From Candidatus Woesebacteria bacterium (GTDB taxonomy: Bacteria; Patescibacteriota; Microgenomatia; UBA8517), in the NCBI GenBank assembly GCA_013426185.1, contig CP058602.1, forward strand, positions 271,123-335,122: a DNA stretch of 64,000 bases. The letters run 5' to 3'. Made by a program: the position numbers and the translations under genes. Numbering within the stretch: position 1 is the first letter of the stretch; every line of letters begins with the position of its first letter. Shown one piece after another: positions 27,773 to 36,320 of the stretch. Under the pieces are notes generated by a model. The model was not told the origin of the DNA. It ran no database searches and saw nothing but the letters and a program-made list of their open reading frames with translations.

Positions 27773-28844
27773 TAAAAGATCCCAACGAAAGATAAATAAA
27801 AGGAAGAATTATAAGAAAATAACGGCTGAAAGGAGCATTAAAGATATTTATCAAAAAATAAAAAATAGGAAAAATAAAAATAAAATCCTTCTTTTCCAGC
27901 CTTTTGATATTTTTAATCTGCAAAATCCCAAAAACAAAACCCAAAGGCCAGAAGAAATTCCAAACATCAGCTTTTAAGATTCTTCCCTTCTCCCACCAAC
28001 TCACAAAATGACCACTGAAAAACAAAAGTAGATTATTGCCAAAAATAGAAGTGGTATTGTGAGAAAGCATAAACTTAAGCATTTTTAATTCAAAAAGAAA
28101 AATGTTAAAAAGGCCGCCATAATTTATGAAAGTCTTGATATAAGTAAGACTGAAAGTAAAAAAGGCTACCAAAAAACTCAAAAACATATTTTTATAATCA
28201 ACCTTTTCTTTAATCAAAAATTTTCTGTAAAGAAAAATAAAAACCACAAGAAGCAAGCTTGAGCTCCAAAACTTGGAGGCAAAAAGAAGACCCAAGACAA
28301 AACCGTTCAAAAGAAAATTATTGGGAAAATATAAAGCCAAAATTATGTAAAATAAAGAAAACACAGCTTGTGCCGGATCCAAAAGCAATTGTGTAATATT
28401 ATCCTTTAGAAGTGGGTCAAAAACAAGAAAAAGCGAGGCCAAAAAAGCAACTTCTCTCTTCTTAAAAGCCATCTTTCCCAAAAGATAAGTCAAGAATATT
28501 AAAAATAAAGCAAAGAAAATTTGCACCCAATAGGGATTTACAAAAAAGAGGGTAGCAAAACCAAAAAGATACTTTACAAGAGGAGGATGCTGAAAATTAA
28601 ATTTTGTCGGGTCCTCACCCTTGGCATAAAGATAACCTGTGGCAAGGTAAATTTCAGAATCAGATAAAAATATTCTATCTTTTATTTTGTCTTCTTTATC
28701 TTCTATATCTTGGCTGCGAAAATAATTATCGATTAGACCTTCATCAAAACGATATTTGAAAATATCAGGATTTTTAAAATAGGAAAAAACCAAAAAGAGA
28801 ATAAAAAGCAAAAACAAAAGCCAAAAATCAACTTTTTTAAGCAT
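27708..28844 (-). CDS. GT-C (PMT/ArnT-like) membrane glycosyltransferase with repeat-derived C-terminal tail
   Basis: SDSEIY, NFQHPPLVKYL, LLLD, ASKF motifs; tail NSKLKSQKSKIRLLIIDCRL is encoded by repeat modules. Confidence 0.7.
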   Translation of the reverse strand: MLKKVDFWLLFLLFILFLVFSYFKNPDIFKYRFDEGLIDNYFRSQDIEDKEDKIKDRIFLSDSEIYLATGYLYAKGEDPTKFNFQHPPLVKYLFGFATLFFVNPYWVQIFFALFLIFLTYLLGKMAFKKREVAFLASLFLVFDPLLKDNITQLLLDPAQAVFSLFYIILALYFPNNFLLNGFVLGLLFASKFWSSSLLLVVFIFLYRKFLIKEKVDYKNMFLSFLVAFFTFSLTYIKTFINYGGLFNIFLFELKMLKFMLSHNTTSIFGNNLLLFFSGHFVSWWEKGRILKADVWNFFWPLGFVFGILQIKNIKRLEKKDFIFIFPIFYFLINIFNAPFSRYFLIILPFIYLSLGSFINSKLKSQKSKIRLLIIDCRL

Positions 28845-28853
28845 TAATAGAGG

Positions 28854-29864
28854 CTACTTCAAACGAGCCAGATTAGCATCAACAAGCATCTGAACAAGCT
28901 CTTTAAAAGAGGTTTTGGGCTTCCAGCCAAGAACTTTCTTTGCTTTTGATGGATCAGCCACAAGAGGCCCAGTTTCAGTAGGTCTTATGAAACGAGGATC
29001 AACATAAATATACTTTTTATAGTCAAGGCCAACATAAGAAAAGGCCTCTTCACAAAGCTCTTTGATAGAGTGAGTTTCACCTGTACCTACAACAAAATCA
29101 TCAGGTTCTTTGTGCTGAAGCATTAGCCACATGCTTTCTACATAATCACCAGCAAAACCCCAATCTCGTCTTGCTTCGAGATTGCCAAGTGCCACTTTTC
29201 CATCTTTAACAATGGGTTCTCCCTCTTCATTCAAATGCTGACTAGTTCTAATACCAAGCTTTGCACAGGCAGCAGCATAAGTAACTTTTTGGGTTACAAA
29301 ACCAAGACCACGGCGAGGCGACTCGTGATTAAATAAAATACCACAGGAAATAAACATTTTATAACTCTTTCGATAAATTCTGGCAATATTATGAGCATAA
29401 AGCTTTGCGGCAGCATAAGGATTTGCGGGATTAAAGGGCGTTTCTTCATTTTGTGGAATCTCCTTCACCCATCCGAACATCTCGCTAGATGACGCTTGAT
29501 AAAACCTCGCATTAGGAACTACGTCTAAAGCAGCATCCATTACTCTATGAGCACCAATACCAGTTATTTCAGCTGTGTGAATAGGCTGTCTGAAGGATTC
29601 GGCGGGATGAGATTGAGAAGCTAAATTATAAATTTCATCGGGCTTAACTTTTTGTATAGCCTCTCTTATTGCCACAGGGTCAAGTAAATCTGCCTGAATA
29701 AGATTAAGCCTCTCTTGAATGTGAGCAATATTGGCATAATAAAAGTGGCTAGTTTTTCTTACAATACCCGAGACCTCGTAACCCTTTTTAAGAAGAAATT
29801 CAGCCAAGTAAGAACCGTCTTGACCAGTGATACCCGTAATAAGTGCCTTTTTCTTCTTTGACAT
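28854..29864 (-). CDS. gmd: GDP-mannose 4,6-dehydratase
   Basis: ALITGITGQDGSYLAEFLL, YQASSSEMFG, PYAAAKLYAH, GILFNHESPRRG, LGNLEARRDWG. Confidence 0.97.
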   Translation of the reverse strand: MSKKKKALITGITGQDGSYLAEFLLKKGYEVSGIVRKTSHFYYANIAHIQERLNLIQADLLDPVAIREAIQKVKPDEIYNLASQSHPAESFRQPIHTAEITGIGAHRVMDAALDVVPNARFYQASSSEMFGWVKEIPQNEETPFNPANPYAAAKLYAHNIARIYRKSYKMFISCGILFNHESPRRGLGFVTQKVTYAAACAKLGIRTSQHLNEEGEPIVKDGKVALGNLEARRDWGFAGDYVESMWLMLQHKEPDDFVVGTGETHSIKELCEEAFSYVGLDYKKYIYVDPRFIRPTETGPLVADPSKAKKVLGWKPKTSFKELVQMLVDANLARLK

Positions 29865-29876
29865 AAAAGTATCAGT

Positions 29877-29906
29877 ATTATAAACCCATTAATGATAGAT
29901 AAGCAA
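29877..29906 (-). promoter_or_regulatory. Promoter for gmd, TTGCTT-N18-TATAAT
   Basis: Hexamers on the minus strand; -10 lies 12 nt before the ATG. Confidence 0.55.
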
Positions 29907-29919
29907 GAGACAAACAATG

Positions 29920-30408
29920 CATAAAACAAATTCCAAGTTCCAATATACAAATTACAAACAAATCACAATATACAAATTCCAAATTACAAATCACAAACTA
30001 CAAGAAACAAATTCTAAATTCTAATATCTAAATTCTAAATCCTAAACCCTGAACCAGAATAAATTCGATTCAGGGCAGGCAAATTCCAAATCACAAATTA
30101 CAAACAAAAAAATTCCAACTTTTAACTTTTAACTTTGAACTTTTAACTATTTATTAATTTGGCTTTCTACTTTCTACTTGCATCTCTTTTACCTTTTACC
30201 TCTTGCCTTTTACTTACTAGATTAGAACAAAGAACAAAGGGAAAAAATCTGAACTTAGTATTATGAATTATGTATTATGCAGAAAAATGCATTGTTCCCA
30301 TAATACATAATACAAGATACTAGATACAATCTTCCGGCCAGCTTTTGACCAACTCCACTGCAAGCGGGGACTAGCTTCGACCAGCTTCGACCAGCTTCGA
30401 CCAGTTTC
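29920..30408. repeat. Intergenic heptamer mosaic R7, right arm of the long inverted repeat, ending in (ccagcttcga)x3
   Basis: caaat arrays, P1 hairpin 30047-30075, aactttt, tttctac, ttttacc, tattatg/cataata arrays, 10-mer tandem at 30371-30408. Confidence 0.95.
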
Positions 30409-31606
30409 ACGCTACCCAATAGCCCCTGATGAAATAGGTAAGAAGAATAAATTGAAGAATAATCAGAAATGGTATTACCAACTTTACAAGACGTGGATAT
30501 TTTTCTGCCAAAAAAGGAAAAATCAAAAAGGCGGTTAAAGTATAACGAGGCATTGAGGTTAGAGTTCCTGTTAGGGTAGGTATAATTAAAACCAAAAAAG
30601 TAAAAATAAAATAAGAAAACCTCATTTTTCTGATAAAAAGAAAAAGCAAAGAAAAAAACAAAAGGGCAAGTAACAACTCAAATAAAGCAATGTTAAATTG
30701 ATAAGAAAAGATCGGAGTGTGAATAAAAATTTTGAAGTATCTATAAACTACTTGAGGCAAAAGAATAATTGGTTTGTCGCTTCTTTCTGCTGCAAAAAGA
30801 GGTTGTGCCTCAACAAAATAAAAAGGCTTACCAAAAAATTTCCAAAGATAAAACATATAAAAAACAAGACCTAAAGGAGAAATCAAAACTCCCAAAAAAT
30901 CTTTTAGAAATTGCTTTGACAGTTTTATTTTGCCTTTATAATTTAGATAAAACTCAATAAGAATAAGCAGAAAAAGACAAACTCCAACTACCTTTGTGAG
31001 AGAAGCAAAAGCGGCAAAAATACCTGCAAACAAAAATTTTTTCTTGAAAGAAAAATAAACAGAAAGAGAAGCTAAAAACAAAAACAAAGATTCGGTATAA
31101 ATAGCTCCAAAATAAAAACCAGTCGGCCAGGACAAAAGCAAGATAAGAGAAAGAAGAGCAGTTTTTGAATTAAAAATATTTTTGACTAGAAGATAAAAGG
31201 CATAAAAAGCCAACAAAGCAAAAACGTTTGAGACCAAAAGGGCAACGGCAAAAAAAGAGGGATCAACATAAACACTGGTATCAAGAGCCATATCTTTGGG
31301 CAAGAAATTCAAAATTCTAACGAGGAAAGGATAGAGAGGAAAAAATGCCTGAGAAGGTATAAAATCATAGCCGTTTTGAGCTATCCTTAAATAATGCACT
31401 CCATCAAAACCTCCCCATCCCCAAAGCCAAGGTGGAAGTTTGGTTATCTCCAAAACCCTTTCAACATAAGGAAACCAATGGCCATAATTGGGTACTAAAA
31501 AAACAGAAAGATAAGAAACAACAAAAAGTAAAATTCTCCATAATAAAAAGACAAAGAAAACAAGAAGAAAATCATTTCGCAACAATTTAGAAAAGAATTT
31601 TTTCAT
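30407..31606 (-). CDS. PIG-V/GT76-like membrane mannosyltransferase
   Basis: GFDGVHYLRIAQNGY, AFFPLYP, AIYTESLFL, SMPRY motifs. Confidence 0.8.
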   Translation of the reverse strand: MKKFFSKLLRNDFLLVFFVFLLWRILLFVVSYLSVFLVPNYGHWFPYVERVLEITKLPPWLWGWGGFDGVHYLRIAQNGYDFIPSQAFFPLYPFLVRILNFLPKDMALDTSVYVDPSFFAVALLVSNVFALLAFYAFYLLVKNIFNSKTALLSLILLLSWPTGFYFGAIYTESLFLFLASLSVYFSFKKKFLFAGIFAAFASLTKVVGVCLFLLILIEFYLNYKGKIKLSKQFLKDFLGVLISPLGLVFYMFYLWKFFGKPFYFVEAQPLFAAERSDKPIILLPQVVYRYFKIFIHTPIFSYQFNIALFELLLALLFFSLLFLFIRKMRFSYFIFTFLVLIIPTLTGTLTSMPRYTLTAFLIFPFLAEKYPRLVKLVIPFLIILQFILLTYFIRGYWVA

Positions 31607-32720
31607 AAACCTTCAAAGTTTCTCTTGCTGTTTTTAACCAAGAAAAATCTTCGACTCTTTTTAAACCCTTTTCAACAAGCCTTTTCCTTAAATCTTTTTG
31701 AGAAATTATTTCATTAAGCTTCTCTTTGAGATCAGAAACACTATAAGGATCAAAAAACAAAGCAGCATCAGAAGCTATTTCTCTATGCGCACCTATATCG
31801 CTTGCCAAAACAGGCGTTCCACAGGACATTGCTTCAAGCAAAGGAAGACCAAAGCCTTCATAAAAAGAGGGTTGAACATAAAGTGTCGCCAAATTGTAGA
31901 TAGCAACAAGGTCATTATCAGGCACAAAACCCAAACGAACAACTTTTTTACTCTTAGATATAATTTTAGAGAGATTTTTAAGATGACTAATTTCTGGGTG
32001 AGATTTGCCGAACAAAAATCTTACCCAATCCATTGGTCCTGCCAAATTTTTCTCTTGATGCAAATTGTCAATTTCGAGAGCTTGCTTGCCTACTATTACC
32101 AATGTTAAATCAAGGCTATCACATGCCTCAACTAAAGTGGATATGTTTTTATTGTAATTAACATCACCAACATAAAGTACAAACTTATCAGGCAAACTGT
32201 AGCGCTTCGCAACTTCCAACTGCCAACTTCCAGCTGACAGCCGTTTGAAAATATCGCGGGGTGCAAGATAAATAACATCAATTTTTCCTTGCGGGTAAGA
32301 AAGAAACTTAACTATATCTTTTTTGGAGGTTTCAGAGATGGTAACTATTCTATCAACATCAGAAAGCCTTGATTTTTGAAACTTAAAATTAAGCCTTCCC
32401 CTGACACCTGGCGGATAATGACTTGGATAGATAAGAGGAATCAAGTCGTGAATAGTAAGAACAACTTTATTGGCAGGCTTTGAGAGAGGAAGAGTTTTAA
32501 AAAAGGGATGAAAGTATTGATAATGAACAAGATCAAAATTTGATAAATCAAAGGATGAAAAATCAACTGCTTTAACCTTTATTTTGTTTTTGCCAAAAAC
32601 AAAATCAGACTTGGGTAATTTCTCAAAAGCAGATATTAACTCACGAGTGTTTACTCCAATACCCCGAACCTTATGTCCAGATATTAAAGGAGATGTGTCA
32701 ACAGCAACTTTTTTAATCAT
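31587..32720 (-). CDS. GT4 glycosyltransferase (MtfB-like)
   Basis: RGIG, LTIHDLIP, PSFYEGFGLPLLEAMSCGTPV. Confidence 0.9.
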   Translation of the reverse strand: MIKKVAVDTSPLISGHKVRGIGVNTRELISAFEKLPKSDFVFGKNKIKVKAVDFSSFDLSNFDLVHYQYFHPFFKTLPLSKPANKVVLTIHDLIPLIYPSHYPPGVRGRLNFKFQKSRLSDVDRIVTISETSKKDIVKFLSYPQGKIDVIYLAPRDIFKRLSAGSWQLEVAKRYSLPDKFVLYVGDVNYNKNISTLVEACDSLDLTLVIVGKQALEIDNLHQEKNLAGPMDWVRFLFGKSHPEISHLKNLSKIISKSKKVVRLGFVPDNDLVAIYNLATLYVQPSFYEGFGLPLLEAMSCGTPVLASDIGAHREIASDAALFFDPYSVSDLKEKLNEIISQKDLRKRLVEKGLKRVEDFSWLKTARETLKVYEKILF

Positions 32721-33469
32721 ACCTTTTCCCTTCTTGATTCCTCATAATAATTCTTGGGATAAATCGAGATTTCTTCTTTTAAAGTACCGTTTTTTATCTT
32801 TGCAATAATCGTTTTTGCTAGATCAATAGGATCAAGATAAGCTTTGCCCTTTTTGTTCTTCTTTATCTTCTCCTCAAGAGTCAAGGGACCAAAAGCAGTT
32901 AGAACACTCCCCAAAGTCAAAAGAATAAAATTAACATTTGTATTTTTATATTCCTTGGCAAGAGAAAGCATTAAGCCGCGAAGCCCAAATTTACTGGCGC
33001 AGTAAGCGCTTCTTTTTGAGACTGCTATTTTCCCCATCCCGGAACCCATACTAAAAACTAAGGACTTCTGAGATTTCTTAAGAAGAGGCAAAAATTCCTT
33101 AATCACCAAAAAAACTGAATCAAGGTTAATAGATAAAGACTTCCTCCACTCATCAAAACTCAAATCCTCAAGCTTCTTATAAATACCAATTCCGGCGGCA
33201 TTAACTAAGATGTCAATATTTTTAAAACTAGAAGACACTTTTCTTACCAGCCTTCTCACTTCTTTTTCAGAAGAAATATCTGTTTTAAATATAAACATCT
33301 TCCCTTTAAAGCCCAAGCTTTTTATTTCTTTTTGAAGAGCTTTTAAAATCAACACTCTTCTCCCAACCAAAACCAAGTTAGTGCCTTCAAGAGCAAAAGC
33401 AAAAGACAACGCCCGTCCAATGCCACCCGTTGCTCCTATTATCACCACATTTTTATCTTTAAGCTGCAT
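32717..33469 (-). CDS. Classical short-chain dehydrogenase/reductase
   Basis: IGATGGIG, ILVNAAGIG, S...YCASK catalytic motif. Confidence 0.9.
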   Translation of the reverse strand: MQLKDKNVVIIGATGGIGRALSFAFALEGTNLVLVGRRVLILKALQKEIKSLGFKGKMFIFKTDISSEKEVRRLVRKVSSSFKNIDILVNAAGIGIYKKLEDLSFDEWRKSLSINLDSVFLVIKEFLPLLKKSQKSLVFSMGSGMGKIAVSKRSAYCASKFGLRGLMLSLAKEYKNTNVNFILLTLGSVLTAFGPLTLEEKIKKNKKGKAYLDPIDLAKTIIAKIKNGTLKEEISIYPKNYYEESRREKV

Positions 33470-33507
33470 ATTTAATCAAGTTTAACAAAACAAATAGGAT
33501 AAAAATA

Positions 33508-35145
33508 CTATCTTGTTGAGACAATATAAAAAGCCACCTTGCCATTTGAAAGATAAATCTTCTCAAGCAACTTATCGCCTAAAACTTTCTCGTCAGGGAA
33601 GCTCCACGGGCTACCTACTAAAAGAGCATTCTTATTTAATGAATCCCTATACCAATTAATATAACCAAAAGCATATTTATCAAATGAAAAATAGGGCTCA
33701 TCTTGGTATATATCTCTTATTTTTTCTATAGTCTGATACTTTTCGGGGTCATATTTTGAATAAAACAAGAGATACATATGGGGATTATTTACCATATAAG
33801 GCCCATCAACACCCCTTCTGATATCAAAGATAACCTTATCATACTTATCTTGATATTTAAGGACGGCATAAACAACTTCTCTTAAACCTTCGTCAAAAGA
33901 TTCGCTTTTTTGATAAGGGAAATGAACTCTAAAAACAAGAAAAGCAAAAACCAAATTTAAAATAACTAAAGACGAAAAAACAAATATAAAAGAAAATCTA
34001 AGCAACCTATTTTTGAAAGAGAAAATCCATTTTATAAAGCTAAAGGCACCAAGAGTAGTCAAAAAGAAGATTATAGGAGTAAGATGTAAGAGACGGCCAG
34101 CATGTTGCTCATTGTTGGTAATAGAATCAGGAATTATCCCGGTAAATAACCAAATCAAAAGAATATCTTTATTTCTATTTTTCCATTTTACAAACTCAAA
34201 AATACCAAAGCCTAAAAACAAAGCCTCAAATGGACACAATAAACCCAAACCCATATTTGATGGTAAGACCATCTGCAAAGCATTTGAAAAAATGAAAAAC
34301 GGCTGGAGATAATTAAGGTATCTTTTAATCCAAAAGAAAAAAAGATAAATATAATCAACAAGACCGTTTAGATAACCAAAAATAACATAACGAACATAAT
34401 TTATATCATTTGCAATAAATACCATCTTAAAACGTGTACTTGCACCTTGAAATAAAGAAACATAAACAAGAGGCAAAGACAAAAACAAAAAGGTAAGAAT
34501 AAACAAACTAGTTTGTTTTTTACTTTTCAAGAGGTCCTTAATTTTAAAGACAGATATTGCAAAAACAAAGATAGGAATAAAAAGCCTCTGAGCAAAACCT
34601 GTATACATTGTTAAAACCATAAAAAGAGCTGAAAGAAATGAAAATCTTAGTTTTCTGTCATCAAGCATCTTCATAAAAAACCAAATACCAAGCATAGAGA
34701 AAAAACTTGCTATTAACGGTTCATAAGCAAAGCGAGAATAAAAAATATTCCAAGGAGAAATTGATAAAAATAGACTCCCCAAAAGAGCAAAATTATCTTT
34801 TCCAGTCAAATATTTAAGAAAAAAGAAAAAGAAAAAAACGAAAAGGGTGCCAAAAAGAGCATTCTGAAAACGTATAGCAAAATCAGAAACTCCAAATATT
34901 TTAAAAGACAAAACCATAAGGTAGGCCGGCAGAGGGTTTTTGTAATCGCCGATTGACTCGATAACCAGCGGTAAAAACCTCCCCGATTCATCTCTACCCG
35001 TTTCCAAAATTGAGTAAGCAGCATAGCCAAAAGATATCTCATCACCGGTCAGGCTAGTAGGATTTTTATCTACTTTATAGAATCTCAAAAATCCCCCAAA
35101 CAAAGTGATAATAATTAAAATCAAAAGAGTATTTTTCTTTATCAT
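33508..35145 (-). CDS. ArnT/GT83-GT39-like membrane glycosyltransferase
   Basis: LRFY..GDEISFGYAAYSILETGRDE, GDYK.P, ISPW..YSR. Confidence 0.8.
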   Translation of the reverse strand: MIKKNTLLILIIITLFGGFLRFYKVDKNPTSLTGDEISFGYAAYSILETGRDESGRFLPLVIESIGDYKNPLPAYLMVLSFKIFGVSDFAIRFQNALFGTLFVFFFFFFLKYLTGKDNFALLGSLFLSISPWNIFYSRFAYEPLIASFFSMLGIWFFMKMLDDRKLRFSFLSALFMVLTMYTGFAQRLFIPIFVFAISVFKIKDLLKSKKQTSLFILTFLFLSLPLVYVSLFQGASTRFKMVFIANDINYVRYVIFGYLNGLVDYIYLFFFWIKRYLNYLQPFFIFSNALQMVLPSNMGLGLLCPFEALFLGFGIFEFVKWKNRNKDILLIWLFTGIIPDSITNNEQHAGRLLHLTPIIFFLTTLGAFSFIKWIFSFKNRLLRFSFIFVFSSLVILNLVFAFLVFRVHFPYQKSESFDEGLREVVYAVLKYQDKYDKVIFDIRRGVDGPYMVNNPHMYLLFYSKYDPEKYQTIEKIRDIYQDEPYFSFDKYAFGYINWYRDSLNKNALLVGSPWSFPDEKVLGDKLLEKIYLSNGKVAFYIVSTR

Positions 35146-36320
35146 CTTATTTTTACTTCTTGGATTTTGCCATAATATCTAATAAATCTTTCCTTTTCTT
35201 TGGTTCTAATATCATAAAGCGTAAAAATAAACTGGAAAATTAATATAAATAAAGAAAGAATGATTAAAAATCGAAAACGCAAGCCTTTAGAATCAGACAG
35301 AGAAGAAAAGCCGTAACTAATAAGATAAATAACGACGGGAAAAAACAAAATTAGTCTATCTATGTTTATAAGATTAAGAGACATTAATGATGGCAAAAGC
35401 AATACCAGACCTAAAATTAGATACTTATTTCTAGAGATAAAAGATTTATAAAGACCATAAACAAAAGGAATCAAAAAACCTAAAAATATAGGGGGGCTGA
35501 AAGAAAAACCAAACATCTTTTCCTGAGATGTAAAAAATGTAGCGGGAGTTAAACTCTGCAATAATTTCAAAACAATAAATTCAAAACCCAAAATATATTT
35601 ATTCTCAACAATCTTTGAAAGAAAACCAAAGCCTTCTCTAACTGACTCGCCGCGATAGGTATTAATCATATTGATAAAACCGGGATCACCAAAGGCGCTC
35701 AATTCATTCTTAAAATATGAAAAGACAGCTTCTTTATTAACCAAGTAAGTGACAACAATTAAAGAAAAAACCAATATCAAGGAAAATATTAGAAATTTCT
35801 CTACCGTGCTTCTTAATTTTTTATCTTCCACTAAAAGGTAAAATAAAAACCAGAACAAAGGCAAAATAAAAAGGAAAAATAACGAGGTTGATATCCCAAG
35901 AAATAAGGAAAAAGTAATGACAAAAATAGATAATCCCTTATTCTCTTTTAGCAAGATGATACCCAAAACAAAAAGAAGTACTATAGACAAAAAGAAAATG
36001 TATGGAGAAACAAATGCAGTATGATAAAAAGACCAAGGACTAAAAGAATAAATCAAAAGAGGTAAAAGTGGGTTCTTGTCTGCAAAAAAATAATTACCTA
36101 AAACAAAAATCAAAAATAAATTAAAAAATTCTGATAAGTAAATGAATGTTTTAGTAATATAAAATTCTTTACCTAGAAAAGTAGAAATAAAAAACTTGTC
36201 TGGCAAAATAGAAACCCCAGACAAATGTTTTGATAAAAAATAAACCAAAAGAAAATGGAGAAAAACAATCAAAAAAAATCTAGGAAGGTATTTATTTACT
36301 CTTAGGAAAGACATGATCAA
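35142..36320 (-). CDS. Divergent ArnT-like membrane protein lacking the N-terminal DE loop
   Basis: Keeps FSPW and later TM blocks of its neighbours but has no xDE..YNAYS motif. Confidence 0.55.
   Translation of the reverse strand: MIMSFLRVNKYLPRFFLIVFLHFLLVYFLSKHLSGVSILPDKFFISTFLGKEFYITKTFIYLSEFFNLFLIFVLGNYFFADKNPLLPLLIYSFSPWSFYHTAFVSPYIFFLSIVLLFVLGIILLKENKGLSIFVITFSLFLGISTSLFFLFILPLFWFLFYLLVEDKKLRSTVEKFLIFSLILVFSLIVVTYLVNKEAVFSYFKNELSAFGDPGFINMINTYRGESVREGFGFLSKIVENKYILGFEFIVLKLLQSLTPATFFTSQEKMFGFSFSPPIFLGFLIPFVYGLYKSFISRNKYLILGLVLLLPSLMSLNLINIDRLILFFPVVIYLISYGFSSLSDSKGLRFRFLIILSLFILIFQFIFTLYDIRTKEKERFIRYYGKIQEVKIR

Noticed and set aside
8436-30408. CRISPR array interpretation of the repeats
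   Set aside because: No constant 25-45 bp repeat with regularly sized unique spacers and no cas genes; the units are degenerate tandem 7-mers and dispersed modules
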